From Okeania sp. (GTDB lineage: Bacteria; Cyanobacteriota; Cyanobacteriia; Cyanobacteriales; Microcoleaceae): a stretch of 32,000 nucleotides of DNA. The stretch is from the NCBI RefSeq assembly GCF_035285525.1, contig NZ_JAYKGW010000141.1:31068-63067 (forward strand), in the 5' to 3' direction. The position numbers and the translations under genes are program-made. The notes under the pieces were generated by a model. It did no database searches, was not told the DNA's origin, and saw only the letters and a program-made list of their open reading frames with translations. How positions within the stretch are numbered: position 1 is the first letter of the stretch; every line of letters starts with the position of its first letter. Positions 20,035 through 28,908 of this stretch are shown piece after piece.

Positions 20035-20148
20035 GTGTATCTCAATTTTGAATAAAACCAACAATTTATCGCTTTTAGGGAATAGGGAATAGGGAATAGG
20101 GAATAGGTATGGAGGAAAAAAGTCTTTTGGCAAATAATTGAGATGCAC
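20035..20148 (-). mobile_element. R2-family IR-bounded element carrying (GGGAATA)x4
   Basis: Inverted termini GTGTATCTCAATT (20035-20047) and AATTGAGATGCAC (20136-20148) have 1 mismatch. The interior GGTATGGAGGAAAAAAGTCTTTTGGCAAAT is the reverse complement of 15329-15358. Confidence 0.6.
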
Positions 20149-20307
20149 ACATTTTATTAATGGATAATGAATAATAAATAATAAATAATTACTTCTGGTT
20201 AAAACCATTGGATGGAATCTACTGCGGAAATCTTATTTTTTTCTCTTTCAAAGAAGAGATTTTAAATGCCTGGAGGTTAATTATTAATTATCTATTATCT
20301 TATTATA

Positions 20308-22248
20308 TCAATCTGGGATTGTTTCTGCCAGAATTTTTGCTAGATTTTTGATATGAGCTGCATAGTTTTTTGTATCTTGATTCGGCAATATTTTTTGCTG
20401 ATTTTGTAGTTTTAATTTGGTTTCTTCTAGTTCTTTTTTTCTTTGCTGAAGTTGAGATTGAGTAGATGTTAATTTTTGAGAAATTTCGTTTTTCTCAGAT
20501 TTAATTTTTTCTAGTTCTGAGCGAGTTTGTTGTAGTTTTGACTCAGCATTTTTGGCTTTTTCTTGGTTTTGCTGAAGTTGAGATTGAGATTGTTCTAATT
20601 CTTCTGATATTTGGTCTTGTTCAAGCTGACTACTTTTTAATTCTTTTTGGCTTTTCTGAAGTTGAGATTGAGTAGATGTTAATTTTTGGGAAAGTTCGTC
20701 TTTCTCAGATTTAATTTTTTCTAGTTCTGAGCGAGTTTGTTGTAATTTTGATTCAGAATTTTTGGCTTTTTCTTGGTTTTGCTGAAGTTGAGATTGTATC
20801 TGTTGAAATTGTTCCTCAAATGAAACACTTTTTCCTACCTCATCAATATTTATATCCTGAAAAACTGGGGTACTATTCCAAGGTTCAAAAGGTATAAGTT
20901 TTGCTGTCGAAAAGTGGGGGCGAAAGAAATATTTTCCGGTTTCGTTTAAGAGACAAGTAGCAAAAGCAAAAGGAGTATTAGAAATAGCCAGAAAATCAGA
21001 CTTACTTAATAAGAAAAAGTTGAGATATTCTGGATTAACCTCTACTTCTAAGTCTCGAATAGTTATAGGATTATACTCAGCAAAATAAACTAGGGGTACT
21101 TCTTCTAAATTATCACTGGCGATAAATAAAATTGGTTTCTCTAAAGTTTCCCATAAACCATTTAACCAAACTTTATACCATTCACTAGGAGCAACAACAG
21201 AATTATTATTTTTATCTGACTGTGATTGTAAATGTAAACCGATGATATTTTTGCCACGAGAGCGCAATTTTTCCCAAGCAACTTTTACTAGAGTTTCTAT
21301 TTTTGCTACAGGTTGAAATAGAGAACGAAAATATTTTTTGTGCCTGACATAATGCTTAGTATGATATAAAAACTCTCCCTGAATATCAACGTTTTTTCCA
21401 ACTTCCCCGTTACTAGGAAAAATTTCATTATTATTTTTGATAACTACAGGCAAAACTTCAGAAATTTCTCTATCTTTATGACCAAATAATTCTTGACCTA
21501 CCCATAGAGGAGTCTCTACAGATAATCCATTTTCTTGAGCATATATTTTTAAGAAAGCATACTGAAACATTTGATTTCCTAAGTTACCTTTTTTGCCGAG
21601 AGTAGACATAGTAACTACCTGTTTTTTCACATAAAAAGTGTCTCCCCAAGATGGATGAAAAGGTTTGGCGACTGCTACTCTAGCAAAACCAATATCTGCT
21701 AAAAATTCATCAACCTTTTCTGCTAAAGCACAACCTTCATAGAGTTCTTCATAGTTAACTTTGGTGTAAACTGCATCTATATATTTAAGTAAATTAGTTG
21801 CTCCTTCTAATGCTAAAAGTTCTGCTCCTTGAATATCTAAGTTTAAGATATTAAAATCTGTTGGAGGAAGTTCTAATTCTTGTAATAAAGTATCTAAAGT
21901 TTTTGACTCAACAGTAAGTTGATTAGTTTCTTTAACATTAGGGTAAATATCTCGATAATGTTTCAAAGGAAAAATAGAACTACTTTTCTCTATAGAGTTG
22001 ACATATAATTTAATTTTGCCGTTTTGATTACTAATAGCAGAATTAACAGCTTGTACATTAAAAGATGCTATAGCGATATTTGCTTTTAACCTTTCAAATA
22101 CTGTTGGGTTAGCTTCAATGAAGAGAACTTTTGATATGTCTAAATTTTGATAAAGTTTAATATCTTTACCATCATAAGCACCGACATGAATGATACCTCT
22201 GGGGGTGACTGAGTTTTGTAAACAAAGGCTCTTTAAATCTAATTTCAT
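20308..22248 (-). CDS. Three-part fusion protein: FkbM-family methyltransferase, GT11-like (fucosyltransferase-like) domain, and a C-terminal repetitive coiled coil
   Basis: The N-terminal ~200 aa have an FkbM-like pattern (GIIHVGAYDG, FIEANP, LDIQGAELLAL). The middle domain begins GNLGNQMFQYAFLKIYA, the GT11 N-terminal signature. The last ~170 aa are Q/K/E/S-rich heptads with a duplicated 70-aa module. Confidence 0.75.
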   Translation of the reverse strand: MKLDLKSLCLQNSVTPRGIIHVGAYDGKDIKLYQNLDISKVLFIEANPTVFERLKANIAIASFNVQAVNSAISNQNGKIKLYVNSIEKSSSIFPLKHYRDIYPNVKETNQLTVESKTLDTLLQELELPPTDFNILNLDIQGAELLALEGATNLLKYIDAVYTKVNYEELYEGCALAEKVDEFLADIGFARVAVAKPFHPSWGDTFYVKKQVVTMSTLGKKGNLGNQMFQYAFLKIYAQENGLSVETPLWVGQELFGHKDREISEVLPVVIKNNNEIFPSNGEVGKNVDIQGEFLYHTKHYVRHKKYFRSLFQPVAKIETLVKVAWEKLRSRGKNIIGLHLQSQSDKNNNSVVAPSEWYKVWLNGLWETLEKPILFIASDNLEEVPLVYFAEYNPITIRDLEVEVNPEYLNFFLLSKSDFLAISNTPFAFATCLLNETGKYFFRPHFSTAKLIPFEPWNSTPVFQDINIDEVGKSVSFEEQFQQIQSQLQQNQEKAKNSESKLQQTRSELEKIKSEKDELSQKLTSTQSQLQKSQKELKSSQLEQDQISEELEQSQSQLQQNQEKAKNAESKLQQTRSELEKIKSEKNEISQKLTSTQSQLQQRKKELEETKLKLQNQQKILPNQDTKNYAAHIKNLAKILAETIPD

Positions 22249-22779
22249 TTTGATTAATATTGAAAATTTATAAATAATTTTTAGTAAGCATTTAGCAGTT
22301 AGCTATTTTTTAGTTTTACATAAACCCTTTATTAATTTAGTCATAATTAAATCTGACTATCAAAGCTAATTTTAAAGTTTATATAGCAATCCTATTTAAG
22401 TTGTAATATTTTGGTCTTCGTTATGAGCCATAATTGATAATTCTGAATTTTCAAAGTTTTCAGATCAAATAAACTATCATCAAAAATGTCACAACTAATG
22501 CACAAACTGCTATATTAATTTCAACTTACTTTTTAAAGTTGAGATATAATTGCTCTTTACATAGCATTCCGCAAGAAAAGAAATGCTTAACAACTTTTGA
22601 ATGTGCAATATATTTTATAGCAATCCTAAATAGGTTGTAATATTTTATTGTCAGGACTTGGTTTCTCAAACAAAGAAATAATGACTTTTGGAGACCAAAC
22701 CTCTACAGTTTTTTTCACAAATAATTTAAGATTGCCATAGCTTATTATAGTAAACCCTGAAAAAAATACATACTCAATC

Positions 22780-23745
22780 GTGAATGTCCTAGAAAAACAA
22801 AAAAAAGCAGCAGAATATTTGGCCAAAGGTGAATTTGATGGAGCGATCGCTCTATGTCATCAAATTATAGAGGTACAGCCAGATTTTATTCCAGCTTATC
22901 AAATTATAGGAAATGTTTGGGAAATTCAGGGAGATTTAGAATCTGCTCTAAACTGGTATACTCAAGCATTAAAAATTCAGCCTAACTTGGCAGAATTATA
23001 TAAAATTATTGGTAATTTATATTGTCAAAAAAAGCAGTGGGATGAGGCGATCGCTTATTATGAAAAAGCGGTTAAACTAGAACCAAATTTAACGGAACTA
23101 TATGAAAAGTTAGGGGATATTTTTCAACAAAGTTATCGGGAAAATTTACAATCAGCATTGGGTAATTATCGTCTGGCAATCAAATATTCTTCTTGGGATG
23201 AAAGTAATTATCATAAAATATTAGAAATTCAACCATATAATCCGGAAATATGTAGACTTTTGGCTAATCTTTTATTTAGTAAAAATCAATTAGGTTCGGC
23301 AATTATTTTTTATCAAATTGCTTTAATAACTGAATCAGAAAATCCAGAAGTTCATTTTAATTTAGGCAAAATATTGGCAAAACAAGGTTATCTTGACCAA
23401 GCAATTTCTGAATATCAACTTGCTTTAGAAGTAGACAAAAATAATCCAGATATTTATCTACAACTGGGTATAGTTTTGGCAAAAAAAGAAAGGTGGTTAG
23501 AAGCGATCGCTTCTTATCGCCGTACTTTGGAAATTTATCCTAATTCAGATTTTGCTTATAATTATTTAGGGGAAATTTTAACAAAAATAGGAGAGTTGGA
23601 AGAGGGAATTTATATGTTTCAGCAAGCAATAAATCTCAATTCTACTTCACCTTTGTTTCATAAAAATTTGGGTGATGCTTTAGCAAAACAGGGAAAAATA
23701 AATGAAGCAAGTGTTGCTTATAGTCGCGCCATTGAATTAGAGTAA
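22780..23745 (+). CDS. Tetratricopeptide (TPR) repeat protein
   Basis: Has about 8 repeats of the 34-aa pattern (e.g. AYQIIGNVWEIQGDLESALNWYTQALKIQPN). The start is GTG at 22780, with no upstream in-frame ATG. Confidence 0.85.
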   Translation: MNVLEKQKKAAEYLAKGEFDGAIALCHQIIEVQPDFIPAYQIIGNVWEIQGDLESALNWYTQALKIQPNLAELYKIIGNLYCQKKQWDEAIAYYEKAVKLEPNLTELYEKLGDIFQQSYRENLQSALGNYRLAIKYSSWDESNYHKILEIQPYNPEICRLLANLLFSKNQLGSAIIFYQIALITESENPEVHFNLGKILAKQGYLDQAISEYQLALEVDKNNPDIYLQLGIVLAKKERWLEAIASYRRTLEIYPNSDFAYNYLGEILTKIGELEEGIYMFQQAINLNSTSPLFHKNLGDALAKQGKINEASVAYSRAIELE

Positions 23746-23790
23746 AAATATTGGTAGAAAGATGGGAAAATGCATAACTATTTGTCGTAG

Positions 23791-24140
23791 TTTTCTATTC
23801 CAACAACTACTTATATATTTTCTGAAGTAGTCGAGTAGGTAAATATTGACTATTTCTGATTTCTCAGAATAATCGAATATTTTTCTGTTTAGCTTTTTCC
23901 TATTTCTGCCTTAAATTTTTCTATTCCAACAACTACTTATATATTTTCTGAACAAATAGATTTGCCAAATATTGACTATTTCTGATTTCCCAGAATAATC
24001 GAATATTTTTCTGTTTAGCTTTTCCCTACTTCCCACCTAAATTTTTCTATTCCAACAACTACTTATATATTTTCTGAAGTAGTCGAGTAGGTAAATATTG
24101 AATATTTCTGATTTCTCAGAATAATCGAATATTTTTCGCG
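23791..24140 (+). repeat. 126-bp tandem repeat, about 2.8 copies
   Basis: Units start at 23791, 23917 and 24043 (TTTTCTATTCCAACAACTACTTATATATTTTCTGAA...). Copies 1 and 3 share GTAGTCGAGTAGGTAAAT where copy 2 has CAAATAGATTTGCCAAAT. Confidence 0.9.
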
Positions 24141-24215
24141 TGAATCTCATATTTGCAGAAATACTTTTTTCCCATTTTCTATTCCCTGTTCCCTGTTCCC
24201 TATTCCCTAAATTTG
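24136..24215 (+). repeat. Partial R2-family element plus a heptamer array (GTTCCCT/TATTCCC)
   Basis: GAATCTCATATTTGCAGAAATACTTTTTTCC resembles 15319-15350. The array overlaps the stop and last codons of the GT2 gene. Confidence 0.6.
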
Positions 24216-25405
24216 ATTTTCTGATAATACTTTTGTGCAGTTTGCATCCAAGCTTTTACCTGAGATTCTAGCCAAGATTTTTCTATCTCTAAAGCAGATT
24301 TTTCTGCCTCCAAAACAGAGTTTTTTTGCTCAAGGTTATCCACCCAACAACGTAATTTATGAGAATCTTTTTGTAGCTGAAACTTACCTTTTTCCAAATC
24401 TTGCACCCAAACATTATATTGATAAACCTCCGACTTAAGACGAGAATTAACTTGCAATATTTCCTGTATTTTCGTGCCTAACTCCTGCACAAAAATACCT
24501 AATTTTCCTGACTTACCCCGCCAATTTTCCAATAATTCAGATAACTTGAATGCCTCATCAAAATTCCCCATTTCCAAATAACGATAAATTCGATAATAAC
24601 TCACCCATTTAACAGTTCGAGATAACACTTCGGTCTCCCAGTCATTTAATTCTGATTCCGATAAATTTAAACTATCAATTAAATTACTACATATTTGTAA
24701 ATGTTCCTTAACCTGATAAAAATCATCAAAACTATGAGTTTTATTTCCTTCATGCCATCGATAATATCCTAAGATTTCTTTAACAAAATATAAATCAGCA
24801 ACCAAAGCAATTTTTAACCATAATTCTAAGTCCGCAGCAAAAGCAAAATTGTCATTAAATTTCCCTCCAACTTTCTCTAAAACCTCTCGTCTAATCAATA
24901 CAAACGGGCAACAAATAGGATTAGCTTCTCCCAAATTTTTCCTTACCCATTCCTCACCATTTATTAAACTATTTTCAGTATAATTTGCCCAGTCCCAATG
25001 AAGGTAATTATTATCACTATCGACCACCATAATAGAGGAAGTAACTAAACCGACATTTTGATATTTATCTAGAATTTTTACCTTTTGCTCTAAATTTTTT
25101 GGCAACATTACATCATCCTGAGCAAAAACAGTAATATATTCTCCAGAAGCAGATTCTAAACAACGATTCCAGTTAGGAAAAAGTCCTATATTTTGGGGAT
25201 TTTGTAAGTATTTAATTCTACTATCTTTTTGTAGATAACTATTAATAACTTCTGGAGTATTATCAGTAGAGGAGTCATCAGAAATAATTAACTCAAAATT
25301 TGTAAATGTCTGTTTAAGAATACTGTCTATTGCTTGAGTGAGAAATTTTCCAGAATTATAAGTAGGTAAACAGACAGTGACTTTGGGAAAATTGTTTATC
25401 GGCAT
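24200..25405 (-). CDS. Family 2 glycosyltransferase with a C-terminal coiled-coil extension
   Basis: Has VTVCLPTYNSGKFLTQAIDSILKQTFTNFELIISDDSSTDNT and FAQDD (DxD). The last ~90 aa are heptad-like (LEQKNSVLEAEKSALEIEKSWLESQV). Confidence 0.85.
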   Translation of the reverse strand: MPINNFPKVTVCLPTYNSGKFLTQAIDSILKQTFTNFELIISDDSSTDNTPEVINSYLQKDSRIKYLQNPQNIGLFPNWNRCLESASGEYITVFAQDDVMLPKNLEQKVKILDKYQNVGLVTSSIMVVDSDNNYLHWDWANYTENSLINGEEWVRKNLGEANPICCPFVLIRREVLEKVGGKFNDNFAFAADLELWLKIALVADLYFVKEILGYYRWHEGNKTHSFDDFYQVKEHLQICSNLIDSLNLSESELNDWETEVLSRTVKWVSYYRIYRYLEMGNFDEAFKLSELLENWRGKSGKLGIFVQELGTKIQEILQVNSRLKSEVYQYNVWVQDLEKGKFQLQKDSHKLRCWVDNLEQKNSVLEAEKSALEIEKSWLESQVKAWMQTAQKYYQKIKFRE

Positions 25406-26184
25406 TTAATCTAATGGTAATATTCCAGGAATATTGAATTATAGCAAAGGTTATTTCAGTTATCAGTTATTAGTATCTCTGCTTGAACTCAGAGACTTGA
25501 AATACTGAAGTTTATTTTTTTATTCCCTCTCTCGCTTAAAGAGAGTAAACAGTCAAGAACTCTATTTCTTTGATTAATCCTAACCCTCAAAAGTACCAAA
25601 AAAAATCTCTGATACTAAGGAAGGTGGGGTTGTTTTTTCCAAAAATTTGTGATATCATAATATATGATATATCTATTTCATATTTATGTATGATTTTTTA
25701 TTCAACGTAAAAATTTTAAGCTGATAAACAAGCTAGCATTTTCTGAAAACTAATTTAAAATATAATAACTGAAGAAAGGGAAAACTTATTTTCAGTTAAA
25801 CAATTGAAGTTTTCCTTAGCTTCAAACCTAATAAATTATTCAGCAAACTCTAATTACAAATATAGCAATCCTAAATAGAATTTGCGGAAAAAGCAGTGTA
25901 TGGAAAGGGTGAGAAGTGTGGGAAACAGAGTAAAGTGGAAGAAATAATTGCCCCTTAATTTTTTTTACCATAGCAAGCTAAAAATTATAAATTTTTGAAC
26001 AGGAACGATAATTGACTCCTGACTTCTCCCCCTCTCCAAAAGACTTTTTCAGCAAGCCCTAATTAATTAGCCTTTCTTATAAATAAAAGGATTTGGTAAA
26101 ATTATTTTTTTCTTTATTTCTCCATAAAATAGAGAAGCTTTATAGCTTAATTAATTTTTTTTCAATAATTAATAATTAGAAATA

Positions 26185-26229
26185 ATTATTCATTATTCAT
26201 TATTCATTATTCATTATTCATTATTCATT
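26185..26229. repeat. Heptamer array (ATTATTC) x~6
   Basis: Read directly. It overlaps the stop and last codons of the 26221-27144 gene. Confidence 0.9.
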
Positions 26230-27144
26230 ACAAGGAACCTTCGCAATAACAGTCCGGTGACGATGAGTATTGCAAATTATTTTGGGAACTGAAAAACCAG
26301 CATCAATTAATTCCTTTTCAATATCCAAAGAAAAATATTCATCCAAATAAGGTTCTGTACTCTTCAACAAAGTAAAAATATGAGGAGCCATTGTTGCATA
26401 AACTTCTGACTTAGGATTCATATCCATAATAGCAATATTACCATTTGAACGTAATAACCTTCTTGCCTCCCGAAATATTTTTCGAGTAGCAAATTGTGGT
26501 AATTCATGGCATACTAAAGAGATAGAAATTAAATCAAAAGAATCATCAGGTAAACCAGTTTCTTCGGCAGCAGTATGAACCCAATTAATATCCAAATTTT
26601 GCTGTTGAGAACGATACAAACCAACTGCTAAAAAATAAGGTGATAAATCTATTCCTGTCAACTTAGCTTGAGGGAAAACTTTTTGTAGGGAAAAAGTATT
26701 TAAACCCGCACCACATCCCAAGTCTAAAACATCTTTTGGTGGAGAAATTTCAGCTTTTAAAATATCAAGAAAACTTTGACGAAGTCTAACATCTCCACCA
26801 ATACCTTCTTCTTTCCAAATTCCTGCATGAACTGCTAATACTGCTACTTCTACTTCTGTTGCAGGTTGCCAACCCATATTACCTTTTTCATAAGCATGGA
26901 ATGAAGTAAGATAATATTCAGGATATTTTAATTTAGGATTATTTACTATTTCCCATTCTTTATCCCAATTACGTTCAGAAAGTTCTTTGACTTGTTTGCG
27001 CCAAGGAACGCCAATTTTTTCTGCACGTTTAATAATCATCTTTCTTGCTTGAGTTTTAGCAAAATTAGCAAGTGGTTTAATTGAGAGAATTATGTTTACT
27101 AAATTTGTTGCTAAATTAGACCGAGGTTTAAAAGTAGTAGTCAT
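26221..27144 (-). CDS. Class I SAM-dependent methyltransferase
   Basis: Motif I VLDLGCGAGL, followed by LTGIDLS and DLISISLVCHELP. 307 aa. Confidence 0.8.
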   Translation of the reverse strand: MTTTFKPRSNLATNLVNIILSIKPLANFAKTQARKMIIKRAEKIGVPWRKQVKELSERNWDKEWEIVNNPKLKYPEYYLTSFHAYEKGNMGWQPATEVEVAVLAVHAGIWKEEGIGGDVRLRQSFLDILKAEISPPKDVLDLGCGAGLNTFSLQKVFPQAKLTGIDLSPYFLAVGLYRSQQQNLDINWVHTAAEETGLPDDSFDLISISLVCHELPQFATRKIFREARRLLRSNGNIAIMDMNPKSEVYATMAPHIFTLLKSTEPYLDEYFSLDIEKELIDAGFSVPKIICNTHRHRTVIAKVPCNE

Positions 27145-27153
27145 TTTCTTCTA

Positions 27154-27192
27154 GTAGGGAGTAGGGAGTAGGGAGTAGGGAGTAGGGAGTAG
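27154..27192. repeat. Heptamer array (GTAGGGA) x~5
   Basis: Read directly, 10 nt upstream of the methyltransferase start codon. Confidence 0.9.
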
Positions 27193-27421
27193 TAAATAGG
27201 AAGTCATAGAAATCGGGTTTGTCTTAGATATCTACATATTGACTTCTTTTTCCCAAAAACCCAGTTTATTATAATACTTCAAAATATAAAATAAGAAATA
27301 CAGTTGTTTTTCTTCTAGTAAACTTTTAAACTATTAACTGTTAATTTTCATTATATTTATAATGAACAATAAAAACTATCTTTAATTATCAATTATTCAT
27401 TATTAATTATTCATTGGTAAA

Positions 27422-28489
27422 TTAGCGTTGTAAATTTCTCGGATCTAGAGCATCTCGTAACCCATCTCCTAATAAATTAAATGCTAATACCGTTAAAATA
27501 ATCAATAATGCTGGAGGCCATACCAACCAAGGTTGTAATACTAAAATAGAAGCATTCGTAGCCAAAGACAACATATTTCCCCAGGAGGGGTCTGGTTGTT
27601 GAATACCCAAACCAATCAAACTTAAGACTGATTCTGAGATAATAAAACTAGGAATAGCTAAAGTTGCCGAAATAATTACATAAGTTGCCGTTTGAGGCAA
27701 TACATGACGAACAATAATATAAAAAGAATTAGCCCCCATCGCTCTTACCGCTTGTACAAATTCTCGTTCTTTAATAGATAATACTTGTCCTCGAATAATT
27801 CTCGCTAATCCTGCCCAACGAATAAATGAAGTAATAACTACAATCAACAGAAATCTTTGGGCACTGCTAATACCAGGAGGTAATACCGCAGCCAGCGCCA
27901 CTAATAGATAAATACCGGGAATTGTCATTAATACTTCAGCGAAACGCATCAGTATACTATCTACCCAACCACCAAAGTAACCTGAAATTCCCCCAATAAT
28001 CATTCCTAGGGGAAAGTAGATTGTTATTCCTACCAGACCGATGAATAAACTAATCCTACCACCAAAAATTAAACGGCTAAACTGGTCTCGTGCTTGTTCG
28101 TCAGTGCCTAGTAAGTTAAATTTCGCTTCACCTGTGGTCCCGAATAAATGTCGGTCCAATGGCAAAATACCGAAGAGTTTATAAGGGGTTCCTTGGACAA
28201 AGAAACCGAGAGGGGATGGTTGATCAAAGTCCACGTTTAATTCCCGGAGTCCAGTTTCTATGTCTACTGGCCCTTGAGTTGTAGGATAAATATAGGGTCT
28301 AATAAATTCTCCTGCTTGGTTTTGCCAGTAAATTTGCGTAGGTGGTAGTAGGGAACCATTAAGTTGAGATGTGTAAGGGTTGTAGGGAGCAATAAAGTCA
28401 GCAGCAATTACTACTAGATAAAAAGTTAATAATAATAATGCGCCGAATCTTGCTAAAGGATTTTTTTTAAGATTTTTCCACCATTTCAT
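27422..28489 (-). CDS. ABC transporter permease, oligopeptide/dipeptide OppC/DppC-like
   Basis: The N-terminal NPLARFGALLLLTFYLVVIAADFIAPYNPY is typical of OppC. It has multiple TM segments and the EAA-loop region QAVRAMGANSFYIIVRHVLP. Confidence 0.8.
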   Translation of the reverse strand: MKWWKNLKKNPLARFGALLLLTFYLVVIAADFIAPYNPYTSQLNGSLLPPTQIYWQNQAGEFIRPYIYPTTQGPVDIETGLRELNVDFDQPSPLGFFVQGTPYKLFGILPLDRHLFGTTGEAKFNLLGTDEQARDQFSRLIFGGRISLFIGLVGITIYFPLGMIIGGISGYFGGWVDSILMRFAEVLMTIPGIYLLVALAAVLPPGISSAQRFLLIVVITSFIRWAGLARIIRGQVLSIKEREFVQAVRAMGANSFYIIVRHVLPQTATYVIISATLAIPSFIISESVLSLIGLGIQQPDPSWGNMLSLATNASILVLQPWLVWPPALLIILTVLAFNLLGDGLRDALDPRNLQR

Positions 28490-28500
28490 TGATTTAATTA

Positions 28501-28536
28501 GGGAGTAGGGAGTAGGGAGTAGGGAGTAGGGAAGAA
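28501..28536. repeat. Heptamer array (GGGAGTA) x~4, grading into GGAAGAA-type
   Basis: Read directly, 11 nt upstream of the permease start codon. Confidence 0.9.
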
Positions 28537-28569
28537 GGAAGGTAAGGAACTATACTATTATTGAGTATA

Positions 28570-28780
28570 GACAGATTTTACATCAAATTACAAATATATT
28601 AAATATTAATATTCAGATTTTTGTAGTGCAGACATCTTGCCCGCAAAAGGTGTTTTTCATCAAAAAATTATAGTATTTTTGTCTGACAGATTTTACATCA
28701 AATTCCCAATATCTCAATATATTAAATATTAACATTCAGACATTTGTAGTGCAGGCATCTTTCCCGCGAAAAGTGTCCTT
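28570..28780 (+). repeat. Two direct copies of a ~90-100 bp repeat
   Basis: GACAGATTTTACATCAAATT...ATTAAATATTAA.ATTCAGA..TTTGTAGTGCAG.CATCTT.CCCGC.AAAAG occurs at 28570-28655 and 28685-28780. Copy 2 has a small internal insertion. Confidence 0.8.
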
Positions 28781-28908
28781 GATTAATATGAAATCTGTTG
28801 TAAAATAATGTATTTCTTATCAAGAGAAAACCTCTTATATTTTAATCATAAAAATTGTCTTAATAATTAGTGTTAGTGTAGTAAGAAAAAAAAGTCCTTA
28901 TTAAGCTA

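Noticed and set aside
23791-24140. Possible CRISPR array or DGR template/variable repeat pair.
   Set aside because: The units are 126 bp and directly abutting, with no repeat-spacer alternation. The differences are a block substitution rather than adenine-specific changes. No cas or reverse transcriptase gene is present.
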